64,000 nt of DNA from Candidatus Poribacteria bacterium (GCA_965215265.1 OZ244048.1:2016001-2080000); one strand, 5' to 3'; shown: positions 33,825 through 44,575, counted from the first letter of the stretch. Numbers and translations are program-made. Notes: a model not told the origin generated them from the letters alone.

Positions 33825-34295
33825 TCAACCTGCCGTATGCTGCCGCAGCCAAGCAACCATCTTTTGATAAATGTCCGCAGTCTTTTTATATCTGCGTTTC
33901 AATTTTCTCAATTCAGCATGTGCCCCGTCAATTCGGCTCTGTTTGAGTGCATCCGAATTCCGATGGGTGTCCCCTTCGTACGTTACCTGCACAAGGGGCT
34001 CAAGGTGTTTTACTATCACCCCACTGTCGCGAAGATGTTCCCATATAAGGCGCGTGGCACATGTACTGTTTCTGTTTTTAAATGCAGGAGGCTTATGGTC
34101 GAATCTGTGGCATTCTGGACAGTAAGTGTTGCCGACATCAACTAAACAGTCCGCACGCTGCATCACTTTTTCCGGCACTTTCCGACTCACAAACAGCACC
34201 TCAGTTGGCTGATCGCGAAAGAGGAAATCTTGGGCAAGCCATGCACTCACGATGGCATCAAGGTCCGGATTGGCATGTGTGACTATCAGTTTCAT
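33825..34295 (-). CDS. Small DHH/MYG1-like phosphoesterase-domain protein
   Basis: VTHANPDLDA, LVDVG, RFDHK motifs. Confidence 0.65.
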   Translation of the reverse strand: MKLIVTHANPDLDAIVSAWLAQDFLFRDQPTEVLFVSRKVPEKVMQRADCLVDVGNTYCPECHRFDHKPPAFKNRNSTCATRLIWEHLRDSGVIVKHLEPLVQVTYEGDTHRNSDALKQSRIDGAHAELRKLKRRYKKTADIYQKMVAWLRQHTAG

Positions 34296-34410
34296 TTTTC
34301 TTTCGGTGTATCGGATAAAGGCATGTTGCGCGGCGACAGCCGAGTGCTCTCAGCTTTTCTATTTTATTCAAGTACGGGTAGCATGCGAAAGCACGCTTGA
34401 TCATTTCATA

Positions 34411-35283
34411 TCAGTTTTCGGTCGGGATGTCCATAGCACATCGGAAACCTCGCAAAAGCGAACCGGGGTTGCCCCCCAAACGACTTGCACAACGGGTGAA
34501 GTCTAAATTTTCGGCCCAGCCGCCCCCTTTTAAAACATGTCCGTCTCCGGTTTCCGGACCCTGTGGATTGATAGCACTGGCAACGGTGCGATAGTAATCC
34601 GGATCGTACCAATCGGATACCCACTCCCATAGATTGCCTGCCATATCCAGGGCACCATACGGACTTGCCCCCTGCGGAAACTGGCCTACCGGTGCTGTCT
34701 CTTTATAGCCATCTTTTAGACCTGTCCCGTCATTTCCGCTGAGCTTTGTTGCATCCCACTCATTGCCCCAGGGCCAAAAACGGCCATCAGTGCCGCGCGC
34801 GGCTTTCTCCCACTCCGCCTCCGTCGGCAAACGTTTACCTGCCCATTCGGCGTAAGCTGCAGCGTCTTCCCATTCAAGCACGGCCGCGGGCATATCAGGC
34901 GCATTATACGGCAGGTAATCCAAATAGTGTTTCGGTTCATAACCGGTTATAGCAAGAAACTTTTTGTACTGCCGATTGCTAACCTCAAGCCGGTCAATGT
35001 AGAACGCATCGACAAACACCTGCCGTTGTGGGCGTTCGTTGTCAAAACGTGATATGTTGCGCAGTGGGAACATAACTTTGTACTGTTCAATATCCGCATC
35101 GCTGCTACCCATTAAAAACTCACCCGCGGGGACATAAACCATGATAGCCCCGTCTTTAGGAGTTGTGAAGGTTTTGAGAGGTAGGGTGCCAACAAACGGA
35201 GAGTCGACCCTTTCATGGCAGGCAGGCACGAATAGTGAAAGGATGGTAACTATTAACAGAACAGTGAGAGCGCTAAATTTCAT
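34411..35283 (-). CDS. Formylglycine-generating enzyme (SUMF1/FGE-sulfatase) family lipoprotein
   Basis: VPAGEFLMGS, ERPQ, RLPTEAEWEKAARG, DMAGNLWEW, GFRC; lipobox-like VPA-C. Confidence 0.92.
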   Translation of the reverse strand: MKFSALTVLLIVTILSLFVPACHERVDSPFVGTLPLKTFTTPKDGAIMVYVPAGEFLMGSSDADIEQYKVMFPLRNISRFDNERPQRQVFVDAFYIDRLEVSNRQYKKFLAITGYEPKHYLDYLPYNAPDMPAAVLEWEDAAAYAEWAGKRLPTEAEWEKAARGTDGRFWPWGNEWDATKLSGNDGTGLKDGYKETAPVGQFPQGASPYGALDMAGNLWEWVSDWYDPDYYRTVASAINPQGPETGDGHVLKGGGWAENLDFTRCASRLGGNPGSLLRGFRCAMDIPTEN

Positions 35284-35331
35284 CTATTTTAAAAGGGCGG
35301 ATATCAGACAGATCCGCCCTAACACAAATCA

Positions 35332-36135
35332 TTAACGGCCCTGCTTCAAGTCTGCCCACGTTGTGGACAACTTTCCAGCAGGCTCAACAGGCGTTGTTGA
35401 CATCAGCCAAGTGATAATCTCAGCAGCGACCGCGCCTTTCGGTTCATCCCCATTTGCTGTTTGGATAACCGGTATCAACCTACCGAGGTTCCCATCGCGA
35501 ACAATAATGGGATCTGCACGGCTACCATCATCATTTTGTGCAAGCGAGACCTCTACTGCCCAATCGCCATCTAATTCATCAACATGGAACGGGCGATCCG
35601 AGGCAAAATCGGTTAAACTCGGAGAAATCGCTTTACCTTCCTCCGTGACAACCATCGCGGTATCATCATCCCACATCGTGATGCCTTCAATATCCATCAT
35701 GTTTTGGAGCCCACCCACTTCATTTCTACCACTCAAACCCCAGAACATATAGTCCGCGTGGTTAATAAACGCATCGCCATCCGTGGTTTCAATGAAAGTT
35801 TCAGCAATGGAACCGTCTGTCTGTGAATTGCCCTCCGGATAAATCGTCGGCGGGAGATCTCCGTAGAGAACACAGATATCCAGTCCATCGTCACCTGTGA
35901 CTCCTTCCATCCACGCGGCGAGGGCATCCATGTCGCCGTCGCTGTCAAACAACGTCGTGGAGATACCGGCCGCATCCAGCATGTCAACCGCGATTTGGGC
36001 TTGTTCGTCGGCAGGTGCCTTGCCAATCCATTGCACGGTACCTGTGTAGATTGCCACTTCACCGGCAGCAAATAGCGGCGCTAAGGGTAATGCTATTAAA
36101 GCAATAGCGGTTAGAAAAAGAAACCATTTGTTCAT
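35332..36135 (-). CDS. Secreted acidic hypothetical protein (paralog of 36141..36971)
   Basis: Signal peptide; shared blocks with the neighbour; C-terminal VEPAGKLSTTWADLK. Confidence 0.8.
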   Translation of the reverse strand: MNKWFLFLTAIALIALPLAPLFAAGEVAIYTGTVQWIGKAPADEQAQIAVDMLDAAGISTTLFDSDGDMDALAAWMEGVTGDDGLDICVLYGDLPPTIYPEGNSQTDGSIAETFIETTDGDAFINHADYMFWGLSGRNEVGGLQNMMDIEGITMWDDDTAMVVTEEGKAISPSLTDFASDRPFHVDELDGDWAVEVSLAQNDDGSRADPIIVRDGNLGRLIPVIQTANGDEPKGAVAAEIITWLMSTTPVEPAGKLSTTWADLKQGR

Positions 36136-36140
36136 TATTT

Positions 36141-36971
36141 TTACCTCCGGGTTTTAATATCTCCCCACAGTGCAGGAAGTTTGTCTTTGGGGTCAACATC
36201 AAGTGCCCCCACGGTTTCAAGATAGTAATTCAAAATAATTTCCGAGATAACCTCGCCTTTCGGATCGTCCTGGTTCGCCGTTTGGTAAACCTGGATGAGA
36301 CGGGCATCGGTCTTCGTATTCCGGACGATGCACGGGTCACACCGGTCGGCACCGGCGGCTTTGCCGGTATCCGTAGCGAATGCAATTTCCAATTCCCAAT
36401 CATTTTTAAGCAGGTCAACGTGGAACGGGCGATCTGTCGCATAATCATCCAAGCTAGGAGTCAACTCTTTACCTTCTTTTGTAACCTTCATCGGCGTATC
36501 GTCATCCCACTGAACCATATCCGGAATATCCATCATGTTTTTGATGCCACCCTCTTCATTTCGGCCGCCTTTTCCCCAAAAGAAGTAGTCAGCACTGTTT
36601 GAGAAAGTGTTCCCGGCATCGAGGAATTCCTCAGCAACCGTTCCTTTTTTCGCATCTTTACCGACATCATAAATTTCGGGCGGGATATCCCCGAACAGGA
36701 CAATTATGTGATGTCCTTTATCGACGGTGTGTTTCTTGGTCCAGGCTTCAATCGCTTTTGCCGGATCGTTAACTACCTCACCAATCCCGCGTTGTCCTTC
36801 GATTTCCTTGATTAGGATATCGGCTTCTTCTTGGGCTTGCGCTTGGCCAATCCATTGGACTGTCTCCGTGTAGACAAAGACATCGACTTTCGGAGCAGCA
36901 TCAGCTGGCGGTGCCCAGAGTGCTAGGGTTGCAGTGCACAACACACTAGCAACAATAATAAATAGCCTCAT
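36141..36971 (-). CDS. Secreted hypothetical protein (paralog of 35332..36135)
   Basis: Signal peptide ending ADA; RBS GAGGGAG; C-terminal VDPKDKLPALWGDIK. Confidence 0.8.
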   Translation of the reverse strand: MRLFIIVASVLCTATLALWAPPADAAPKVDVFVYTETVQWIGQAQAQEEADILIKEIEGQRGIGEVVNDPAKAIEAWTKKHTVDKGHHIIVLFGDIPPEIYDVGKDAKKGTVAEEFLDAGNTFSNSADYFFWGKGGRNEEGGIKNMMDIPDMVQWDDDTPMKVTKEGKELTPSLDDYATDRPFHVDLLKNDWELEIAFATDTGKAAGADRCDPCIVRNTKTDARLIQVYQTANQDDPKGEVISEIILNYYLETVGALDVDPKDKLPALWGDIKTRR

Positions 36972-37191
36972 TTTACAAACTCCCTCTATTCAGATTAAGT
37001 AGTTGTGTATCAAACTATGCTTTTTGCCTGCTCAGTGCAGACAAACGACATGTTAATATTTAATCTTACTTTTTTATCAAAAATTTGTCAAGAAAAAAAA
37101 TGTTAAAATCCGGAAAAGTGTAGAAATTTTAAGGTTAATGTGCTAAAATCAGTGAATAACGTGATTTGTACCTTCAAACATGAAAATCGGC

Positions 37192-37220
37192 TTGCTATTT
37201 GTTTTGAATTCTGCTATGAT
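37192..37220 (+). promoter_or_regulatory. Promoter of the R-M gene (probably leaderless transcript)
   Basis: TTGCTA-N17-TATGAT with extended TG, 6 nt before ATG 37227. Confidence 0.55.
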
Positions 37221-37226
37221 AAGGAC

Positions 37227-40200
37227 ATGCGAAACTTGAGGCTGAACTCCAACAGTAAATCTGTCCGTGACTACTACACGACGCTGGAACGCTACGAACA
37301 GAGCCACATCGTCCACGAAGGTGCGGTGAGTATTCCGCTGGGGACGCTGCTGCAAACGTGTGCGCGACAGGTAGATGCGGTATTTGTGCCGCAATATGCT
37401 ATGCGTACGGAACGCGGAAACCGTATCATTCTTGACGGTGCGATTCTTGACGAGTATGAACTCCCCTTCGCTTATTGTGAAGCGAAAGACATGGCAGATG
37501 ATCTGGAACGTGAAATTACACGGAAGATTGACGCGGGCTACCCGACATCTAATATCTTCTTCTACACGCCGCAGCGCGGTGTCCTCTATCAGAACGACAA
37601 GAGAGTGCTTGACGTAGACATGACGCAGCCTGACAGGCTCCTTGAGGCAGTGCAGCGTCTGTTTTCAGAGCCGTTTGCCGCGATTGAGAAGTGGCACGCC
37701 GCTGTTTCTGCATTCAAAGAGAGGGTCCCTGCGCTCGGGCGAGAACTCGCTCAACTCATCCGGCAACAGCACCAAACCAATACACGCTTCACCAGCGCCT
37801 TTGCTGATTTTTACCGGCAGTGCCGCGCATCAATCAATCCGAATCTGTCTAAAGCCGCAGTGGAAGAGATGCTCATCCAACACCTGCTCACAGAACGCAT
37901 TTTCCGCACCGTCTTTGATAATCCTGACTTCACCCGCAGAAATATCATCGCCCGCGACATTGAAAAAGTCATTTATGCACTCACGCACCACGCTTTCAGT
38001 CGAGACGGCTTCATGCGGCGTCTTGAGCCGTTCTATCGTGCGATTGAGCAAGCGGCTACGCTCTGCACGGATTTCTCCCAAAAACAACACTTCTTGAACA
38101 CGGTTTATGAACAGTTCTTCCAAGGGTTCTCCATAGAAGTTGCAGATACGCATGGGATTGTCTATACGCCGCAACCGATAGTCGATTTCATGGTGAAAAG
38201 TGTGGAATCCCTCTTAGAAACCGAGTTCAACCGTTCGCTTTCCGAGCCGGGTGTGCACATCATAGACCCGTTCGTTGGGACAGGCAACTTCATCGTGCGT
38301 CTGATGCAAGACATTGAAGGCACAATGTTGGAGGAGAAATACGGCGGGGAACTCCACTGCAACGAGTTGATGCTTTTGCCGTATTACATCTCCAGTTTGA
38401 ACATAGAGCATGAATATTTCCGCCGGACGGGTGAATACCTGCCGTTTGAGGGCATCTGCCTTGTGGATACGTTTGAGTTGCTTGAATCGCAGCAAGCCCA
38501 ACTCTTCACGCGTGAAAACACGGCCCGGGTGGAGCGTCAGAAAGCGTCGGAGATGTTTGTAGTTCTCGGGAATCCGCCCTACAATGCTGGCCAGGTGAAT
38601 GAGAACGATAACAACAAAAATCGGCAGTATCCAGCGATGGATAAACGCATCGCGGAAACGTACGTATCAGATTCCATGGCGCAGAACAGAAATCAGTTAT
38701 ATGATCCGTATGTGAAGGCAATTCGATGGGGGTTGGATAGGATAGGGAATGAAGGTATTGTCGCCTTGATAACGAACAATAGCTTCCTTGACGGATTGGC
38801 TTTCGACGGGATGCGGAAACACCTCGCGGCCGACTGCGATGCACTCTATGTTCTGGACTTGGGGGGCAATGCGAGGCGAGGCTTAAAGGTCTCTGACACA
38901 AATGTATTCGGAATCCAGGTCGGTGTCAGTATCAACCTGTTTGTGAAGAAACATCAAAAATCACCGGAGCCCTGCCGTATCTGTTACCATCGCCCCGATG
39001 AACTGTGGAATAGACAACGGAAGTTTGATTTTCTGAATGAACGCCAACATGCTGGGAATATTGAGTGGCAAACCATCGCCCCGGATGCCCGATACACGTG
39101 GCTGACGGAAGGACTCAAAGCCGAGTTTGATACCTTTATTCCTATCGGAACGCAGACAGCAAAGGCGGCAAAAAAAGCAGCAGCCGGTGTGATTTTTCAT
39201 CAATTTAGCAATGGTGTGCAAACCAGTCGTGATGCGTGGACCATCAATTTCAACGCCCAGGCGCTCTCTCAAAATATGCAGCGGATGATTGAGAACTACA
39301 ATATGCAGGTTTTGAAGTGGCAGCATCAGAGCGCTCGAGGTGCCAACGTTGATGATTTTGTGGATGCTGATGCCACGAAAATTAAGTGGAGTTCCACGTT
39401 AAAACGGCATCTGAATAGCGGACATCTCGCTGAATTTGAAGACTCAAAACTGCGGCGATGCCTCTACCGCCCTTTCACGAAGCGGGCGCTCTACTTTGAT
39501 CGGATGCTGATACACCGGCCCGGGCTCTTTCCTTTCATCTTCCCAACGACTGAGACGGAAAAAGAGAATCGGGTGATTTGTGTCAATATGACAAAAGAAA
39601 AACCTTTTACTTCTCTAATGGTTAATCGCATTCCCGAGCTCGTCATGACAGGCGGTTTTGGATCTCCGACGCAATGTTTCCCTTTCTATATCTACGCCGA
39701 GGACGGCAGCAACCGCCGTGAAAACATCACGGAGTGGGCATTGGCAGCGTTCAGAACTCACTACGGCGAGGACACCATCAGCAAGTGGGACATCTTTCAC
39801 TACATCTATGCGCTATTGCATCAGCCGGACTATCGCGAAACTTATCAGATGAACCTGAAGCGCGATTTACCTCACATCCCATTTGCACCAGATTTCTGGG
39901 CGTTCGTGAGCATTGGCGCGCGGCTAGCAGAACTTCACGTCAACTATGAAACGCAGCCCGAATCTGCAGGCTTGCAGTTTATTGAGACACCTAATGTCCA
40001 GCGGGATTGGCGTGTCGAGAAGATGAGATTCTCGAAAGAGAAGACGCAGTTGCACTACAACGACTTCCTGACGATAGCCGGTATTCCGGATGAGGTTTTT
40101 GTGTATCGTTTAGGAACGCGTAGTGCGTTGGAGTGGGTGGTGGATGGGTATCGTGTGAAGGTAGACAAACGGAGTGGCATTGTGAACGATCCGAATCGTG

Positions 40201-40298
40201 CGGATGTGCCGAAATATATTGTGGAATTAATCGGACGGGTTGTGTCGATGAGTCTAGAGACGGTGAAGCTTGTGGGGCAGCTGCCGCCGCTAGCATGA
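37227..40298 (+). CDS. Type ISP/IIG-like fused restriction-modification enzyme (N6-adenine MTase + specificity domain, no helicase)
   Basis: N-terminal 'ILDG...CEAKD'; GIVYTP; IIDPFVGTGNF; GNPPY; YRPF; C-terminal LlaBIII-like 'DIFHYIYALLH..YR..Y..NLKRDLPHIP', 'SGIVNDPN'. Confidence 0.88.
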   Translation: MRNLRLNSNSKSVRDYYTTLERYEQSHIVHEGAVSIPLGTLLQTCARQVDAVFVPQYAMRTERGNRIILDGAILDEYELPFAYCEAKDMADDLEREITRKIDAGYPTSNIFFYTPQRGVLYQNDKRVLDVDMTQPDRLLEAVQRLFSEPFAAIEKWHAAVSAFKERVPALGRELAQLIRQQHQTNTRFTSAFADFYRQCRASINPNLSKAAVEEMLIQHLLTERIFRTVFDNPDFTRRNIIARDIEKVIYALTHHAFSRDGFMRRLEPFYRAIEQAATLCTDFSQKQHFLNTVYEQFFQGFSIEVADTHGIVYTPQPIVDFMVKSVESLLETEFNRSLSEPGVHIIDPFVGTGNFIVRLMQDIEGTMLEEKYGGELHCNELMLLPYYISSLNIEHEYFRRTGEYLPFEGICLVDTFELLESQQAQLFTRENTARVERQKASEMFVVLGNPPYNAGQVNENDNNKNRQYPAMDKRIAETYVSDSMAQNRNQLYDPYVKAIRWGLDRIGNEGIVALITNNSFLDGLAFDGMRKHLAADCDALYVLDLGGNARRGLKVSDTNVFGIQVGVSINLFVKKHQKSPEPCRICYHRPDELWNRQRKFDFLNERQHAGNIEWQTIAPDARYTWLTEGLKAEFDTFIPIGTQTAKAAKKAAAGVIFHQFSNGVQTSRDAWTINFNAQALSQNMQRMIENYNMQVLKWQHQSARGANVDDFVDADATKIKWSSTLKRHLNSGHLAEFEDSKLRRCLYRPFTKRALYFDRMLIHRPGLFPFIFPTTETEKENRVICVNMTKEKPFTSLMVNRIPELVMTGGFGSPTQCFPFYIYAEDGSNRRENITEWALAAFRTHYGEDTISKWDIFHYIYALLHQPDYRETYQMNLKRDLPHIPFAPDFWAFVSIGARLAELHVNYETQPESAGLQFIETPNVQRDWRVEKMRFSKEKTQLHYNDFLTIAGIPDEVFVYRLGTRSALEWVVDGYRVKVDKRSGIVNDPNRADVPKYIVELIGRVVSMSLETVKLVGQLPPLA

Positions 40299-40491
40299 TA
40301 GCGAATTGCGTTCAATTAATGCGAGCATCAGAAAGCAAAATGGATAATAGAATATCCGTTTCATGGTTCATCTTCTAGGGTAAATTTAAAGAGGATGCGT
40401 TTTCGTAAATCTGTTGAATATGCCCTAATCGTAAACGATAACATAAGTCTCAGAAAATGTAAACTTATTTTTGGGATATACGATAAATGAG

Positions 40492-41367
40492 TTAAACACT
40501 CGCAAGAACAACCCGTTCTTTCTGTGCGTAATCCTTGAGCAGCGTATATGTACGATACATAGGTTGGGCATCCATGAGAGCTCGAACGGCATCGGCTTGT
40601 GTATCACCAATTTCAAAGATGAGTTTTCCGTTCAGCGCGAGATACTCAGGTGCCTCAGCCACGAAACGCCGGATTACGTCCAATCCATCGTCGCCAGCAA
40701 ATAGGGCGATCTCCGGCTCATAGTCACGCACATCAACACTCAAGGTATCCCTGTCTCCAATTTTGATATAGGGCGGGTTGCAGACAATCCAATTAAACAA
40801 GGTTGGGGTCCGGAGATGTGCATCTATCGGGGCGAATAGATCGCCAGTGAAGAAGGTAATTTTCTCGGTGCATGCATGCGTCTCCGCGTTTTTCCGTGCT
40901 ACAACTAATGCCGCTTCAGATATATCCGTCGCCACGATGTCCCATTCCGGGCGATGTACCCCTACACTTGTAGCGATAACGCCGCTACCCGTGCCAAGGT
41001 CGAGTAACTGCTGCGGTTGCGCTGTGCTGCAGCTCAAAATCGTCTCAACCAATTGTTCTGTCTCGGGGCGCGGAATGAGCACCTGTTCATCAACATAGAA
41101 ATCTAACGATAGGAATTCCTTCTGGTTTGTGAGATAACTGACGGGGGTACGTGCAATCCGTTTTTTGATGAGTTCGCGGAGCGGGATGAGATGTTCCTGA
41201 AAGACCGGCATTTCATAGTGGAGATAGAGCTGCAGCCGGCTTTTTTGTAGGAGGTGAGCGAGTAAGACTTCGGCATCTAATCGCGGATTAGGAATGCCGT
41301 GCTTTGCAAAATAGTCCGATGTCCACCGAAGTAGATCCAGCACACGCCATATTTTTCTACCGGTCAT
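40492..41367 (-). CDS. prmC: Release factor glutamine methyltransferase
   Basis: VLIPRPETE, LDLGTGSG, NPPY; follows prfA. Confidence 0.96.
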   Translation of the reverse strand: MTGRKIWRVLDLLRWTSDYFAKHGIPNPRLDAEVLLAHLLQKSRLQLYLHYEMPVFQEHLIPLRELIKKRIARTPVSYLTNQKEFLSLDFYVDEQVLIPRPETEQLVETILSCSTAQPQQLLDLGTGSGVIATSVGVHRPEWDIVATDISEAALVVARKNAETHACTEKITFFTGDLFAPIDAHLRTPTLFNWIVCNPPYIKIGDRDTLSVDVRDYEPEIALFAGDDGLDVIRRFVAEAPEYLALNGKLIFEIGDTQADAVRALMDAQPMYRTYTLLKDYAQKERVVLASV

Positions 41368-42440
41368 TCCGAAAAACCTTCTTTCAGTTTCTGTGCTTGA
41401 TCTACGGTTGTTAACCGATCAATGAAAGCCCGTAAATCACCGTCCAAAACGGCATCCAATTGGTACGAACTAAATTGGATGCGATGGTCGGTTACGCGAG
41501 ATTGTGGGAAGTTGTAGGTGCGAATTTTCTCGCTTCTGTCGCCGCTCCCTACCATAGAGCGCCGCGTTTCCGCCCGCTCACTGTTGAGCTCTGCCTGTTT
41601 TCTCTCGTGGAGTCGTGCACGAAGGATTTTCATGGCCTTCGAGCGGTTTTTGTGCTGTGATTTCTCGTCTTGGCAAGTTACAATCAGCCCTGTCGGTAGA
41701 TGCGTAATCCGAATGGCGGAGTCGGTTGTGTTAACGCTCTGTCCACCTGGGCCGGAGGATCGGTAGGTATCAATCCGTAATTCGGTGGCTTCATCGATAA
41801 CCAGATCGAGCTCAGCAGCTTCAGGCAGCACAGCCACGGTTGCTGCAGAGGTGTGTATCCGTCCACTCGCCTCTGTTGCAGGAATGCGTTGAACGCGATG
41901 AATGCCGCCTTCATACTTGAGTCGGCTATACGCGCCGGCACCGGCAACCGAGAACACAACCTCTTTAAAGCCTTTTAGCCCTGTCGCATTCGCGCTGAGC
42001 AGCTCCAGTTTCCAATTTTGACGTTCAGCGTAGCGAGTGTACATCCGAAAGAGTTCTGCAGCGAACAAACTCGCTTCTTCGCCCCCCGTACCCGCTCGAA
42101 TCTCAATGATCACGTTCTTTTCATCGTTCGGATCTCTCGGGATAAGTAGGAGTTTGAGCGCCTCTGAGAGCGTCTCTTTTTGGGTACTCAGGCTCTCCAG
42201 CTCTTCTTGTGCCAATCCGATCATTTCAGTATCTGTCTCGGACTCAATGAGGACGTGCGTCTCCTCTATCGCCGATTCTAGCTGCTGGTACTCCTGATAG
42301 GTAGACACGATTGGAGAGAGCTCTGCGTGCGTTTTGGAAAGTTCCATTAATCGCTGTTGATTTGAGATTTGCCCCGGATCGCCTAAAGCTCTTTCGACTT
42401 CGGCATATTTGGTTTCAATCTCCTTTAGTTTTTCAAACAT
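41364..42440 (-). CDS. prfA: Peptide chain release factor 1
   Basis: GGQ motif, PAT tripeptide, IRTYNFPQ. Confidence 0.98.
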   Translation of the reverse strand: MFEKLKEIETKYAEVERALGDPGQISNQQRLMELSKTHAELSPIVSTYQEYQQLESAIEETHVLIESETDTEMIGLAQEELESLSTQKETLSEALKLLLIPRDPNDEKNVIIEIRAGTGGEEASLFAAELFRMYTRYAERQNWKLELLSANATGLKGFKEVVFSVAGAGAYSRLKYEGGIHRVQRIPATEASGRIHTSAATVAVLPEAAELDLVIDEATELRIDTYRSSGPGGQSVNTTDSAIRITHLPTGLIVTCQDEKSQHKNRSKAMKILRARLHERKQAELNSERAETRRSMVGSGDRSEKIRTYNFPQSRVTDHRIQFSSYQLDAVLDGDLRAFIDRLTTVDQAQKLKEGFSE

Positions 42441-42626
42441 TTTCTGCTTCGGTATCTACCCTGAATTTGGGTTCAACCTTTTTCCTTGGCGCTTCCGTTA
42501 AACAAACAAATTTTGTAGGCTCGCGCTGGGTATAGTGGTGGCTACTGACTATCGTGCGTCGTTTGCAAGCACGCGATCAATAGTCACGTCAAAACAAACG
42601 TTTTGGAGTACGATACGCTAAAAATT

Positions 42627-42839
42627 CTATTTATCATCGGTAATGCCGTAGCGGCGTCTAAAACTTTCAACGCGCCCGGCTGTATCAATGAACCGTGCTT
42701 GTTGCCCCGTGTAAAACGGATGGCATTTGCTACAAATATCCACACGCATCTGGGGCCGAATGGCGAGCGTGTTATGGGTTGCCCCACAGATGCACGTGAT
42801 AACACTCTCCACCATCTCAGGATGAATTTCAGGTTTCAT
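42627..42839 (-). CDS. rpmE: 50S ribosomal protein L31 (Zn-binding form)
   Basis: MKPEIHP, CICG...[10 protein letters not shown]...GRVE.F. Confidence 0.95.
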   Translation of the reverse strand: MKPEIHPEMVESVITCICGATHNTLAIRPQMRVDICSKCHPFYTGQQARFIDTAGRVESFRRRYGITDDK

Positions 42840-42974
42840 GAAATAGATTCTCCGTCCTTTATTTTTCCTAGTGAGCATAGGCTGCCACGGAGCGCAGCGT
42901 TCACAAGGGTTTACTGTGATAATAGACTCAAATGAATTTACGACGATCGCCTGAGCTCACGTTTATACCAGTTT

Positions 42975-44291
42975 TTACCGGGAATTAGCTCGGGCAGATG
43001 CCTTTTGCGGTGTAGTCCCTACCATCATCTGAAGAAACTCTTCATTCGTCTTCGTCTTGCCAAATTGTTCAACCAGCAGTTCTAAGGATTCTGCGGTGTT
43101 CATCTGACTCATGAACTTACGTAAGACCCAGACTTTGTTAAGCACATCGGGGGCTAATAAGAGCTCTTCCCGCCGCGTTTTTGACTTCTCAATGTTAATG
43201 GAAGGGAAAATCCGGCGATCGAACAGTGAACGTTCCAAATGAATTTCCATGTTGGCAGTCCCCTTGAATTCTTCATAGATATACTCGTCGCCGCGACTCT
43301 CTGTATCAACGAGAACGGATGCGATAATCGTTAGGCTCCCGCCTTCTTCAAACTTCCGGGCCGCACCGCAGAATTGACGTGGTTTTACGAATGCCATAGC
43401 ATCCAGTCCACCGCTTAATGTCTTCCCGCTGTGAGGTGCCATCAAATTATGGGCCCGTGCGAGCCGCGTCATACTGTCTAATAAAATGACAACATCTTTG
43501 CCGAATTCAACCAACCGCTTGGCTTTTTCAATGACCATCTCTGCTACTTGGATGTGCCGCTCAGGATGCTCATCAAAGGTAGAACTAATCACTTCACCAT
43601 TGACAGAACGAGCCACATCTGTCACTTCTTCCGGACGCTCATCAATCAAAAGAAAGATCAGGATGACTTCCGGATGGTTTGCTTCAATGCCTGCGGCAAT
43701 GTTCTTCAAAAGCGTCGTCTTGCCGCTGAAAGGCGGGGCCACAATCAGCCCGCGCTGCCCTCTACCAATTGGTGAGACCAAATCGACGATACGTGTCGCG
43801 TATTCTGTCGGCTTATGTTCTAGCTTGAACTTTTGATAAGGATGAATCGGTATCAGATTATCAAAGAGAATTTTCTGTTTGACAGTCTCTGGGGATTCAC
43901 CGTTTACCTTCTCAATTTGCAACATCGCGAAATAACGTTCCGCCTTGTTTTCCGTCTTTTTCGGTGGACGAATAATCCCTTCAACGACATGACCTGTCTG
44001 AAGATCGAACCTCCGAATCTGAGAGGACGAGACATAAATGTCTTCATTGCTCTGCAAATAATTAGAACGTGATGAGCGCAGGAACCCGTAGCGTTGATCC
44101 CGGTCTTCGAGGATTTCTAGAACGCCCCCGCCATAAAATTGGGTGTCACCGTCTGCTTTTGCTTCTATAATTTGGCTAATCAAATCCTCTTTCCGAAGTC
44201 CGGCATATTCTCCAAGGCCGAATTCGAGGGCAAGGTTTTTGAGTTCTGTGAACCCCATTTCTTGGAGCTTGCCAATGTCCAAGCTCGTCAT
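42975..44291 (-). CDS. rho: Transcription termination factor Rho
   Basis: [35 protein letters not shown]. Confidence 0.98.
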   Translation of the reverse strand: MTSLDIGKLQEMGFTELKNLALEFGLGEYAGLRKEDLISQIIEAKADGDTQFYGGGVLEILEDRDQRYGFLRSSRSNYLQSNEDIYVSSSQIRRFDLQTGHVVEGIIRPPKKTENKAERYFAMLQIEKVNGESPETVKQKILFDNLIPIHPYQKFKLEHKPTEYATRIVDLVSPIGRGQRGLIVAPPFSGKTTLLKNIAAGIEANHPEVILIFLLIDERPEEVTDVARSVNGEVISSTFDEHPERHIQVAEMVIEKAKRLVEFGKDVVILLDSMTRLARAHNLMAPHSGKTLSGGLDAMAFVKPRQFCGAARKFEEGGSLTIIASVLVDTESRGDEYIYEEFKGTANMEIHLERSLFDRRIFPSINIEKSKTRREELLLAPDVLNKVWVLRKFMSQMNTAESLELLVEQFGKTKTNEEFLQMMVGTTPQKASARANSR

Positions 44292-44543
44292 AATTTCAAA
44301 TACTCCTCATTAGGTTACCCTGATTCCAAATAGACAACACTCTGAAAAACGAATCGTGCCGGTCGCATGTCACTAAGAATGGAAGATTTTTAGCAGCATG
44401 AAGTCAGAGAAGAGAATCAAGGTGGATTTCATCCTACCCTACGACAGGGCAGGATTCAATTCGTTAGATTTTCCGTATTGTGACGCGTCCACGCGTCTAT
44501 TACAAGCCCGATGAATTCCGGCTTCAGGAGTATATCAATACTA

Positions 44544-44572
44544 ATTATACCGAATTCATGAGAAAATTGCAA
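44544..44572 (-). promoter_or_regulatory. Putative rho promoter (~245-nt leader)
   Basis: TTGCAA-N17-TATAAT. Confidence 0.6.
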
Positions 44573-44575
44573 TTT

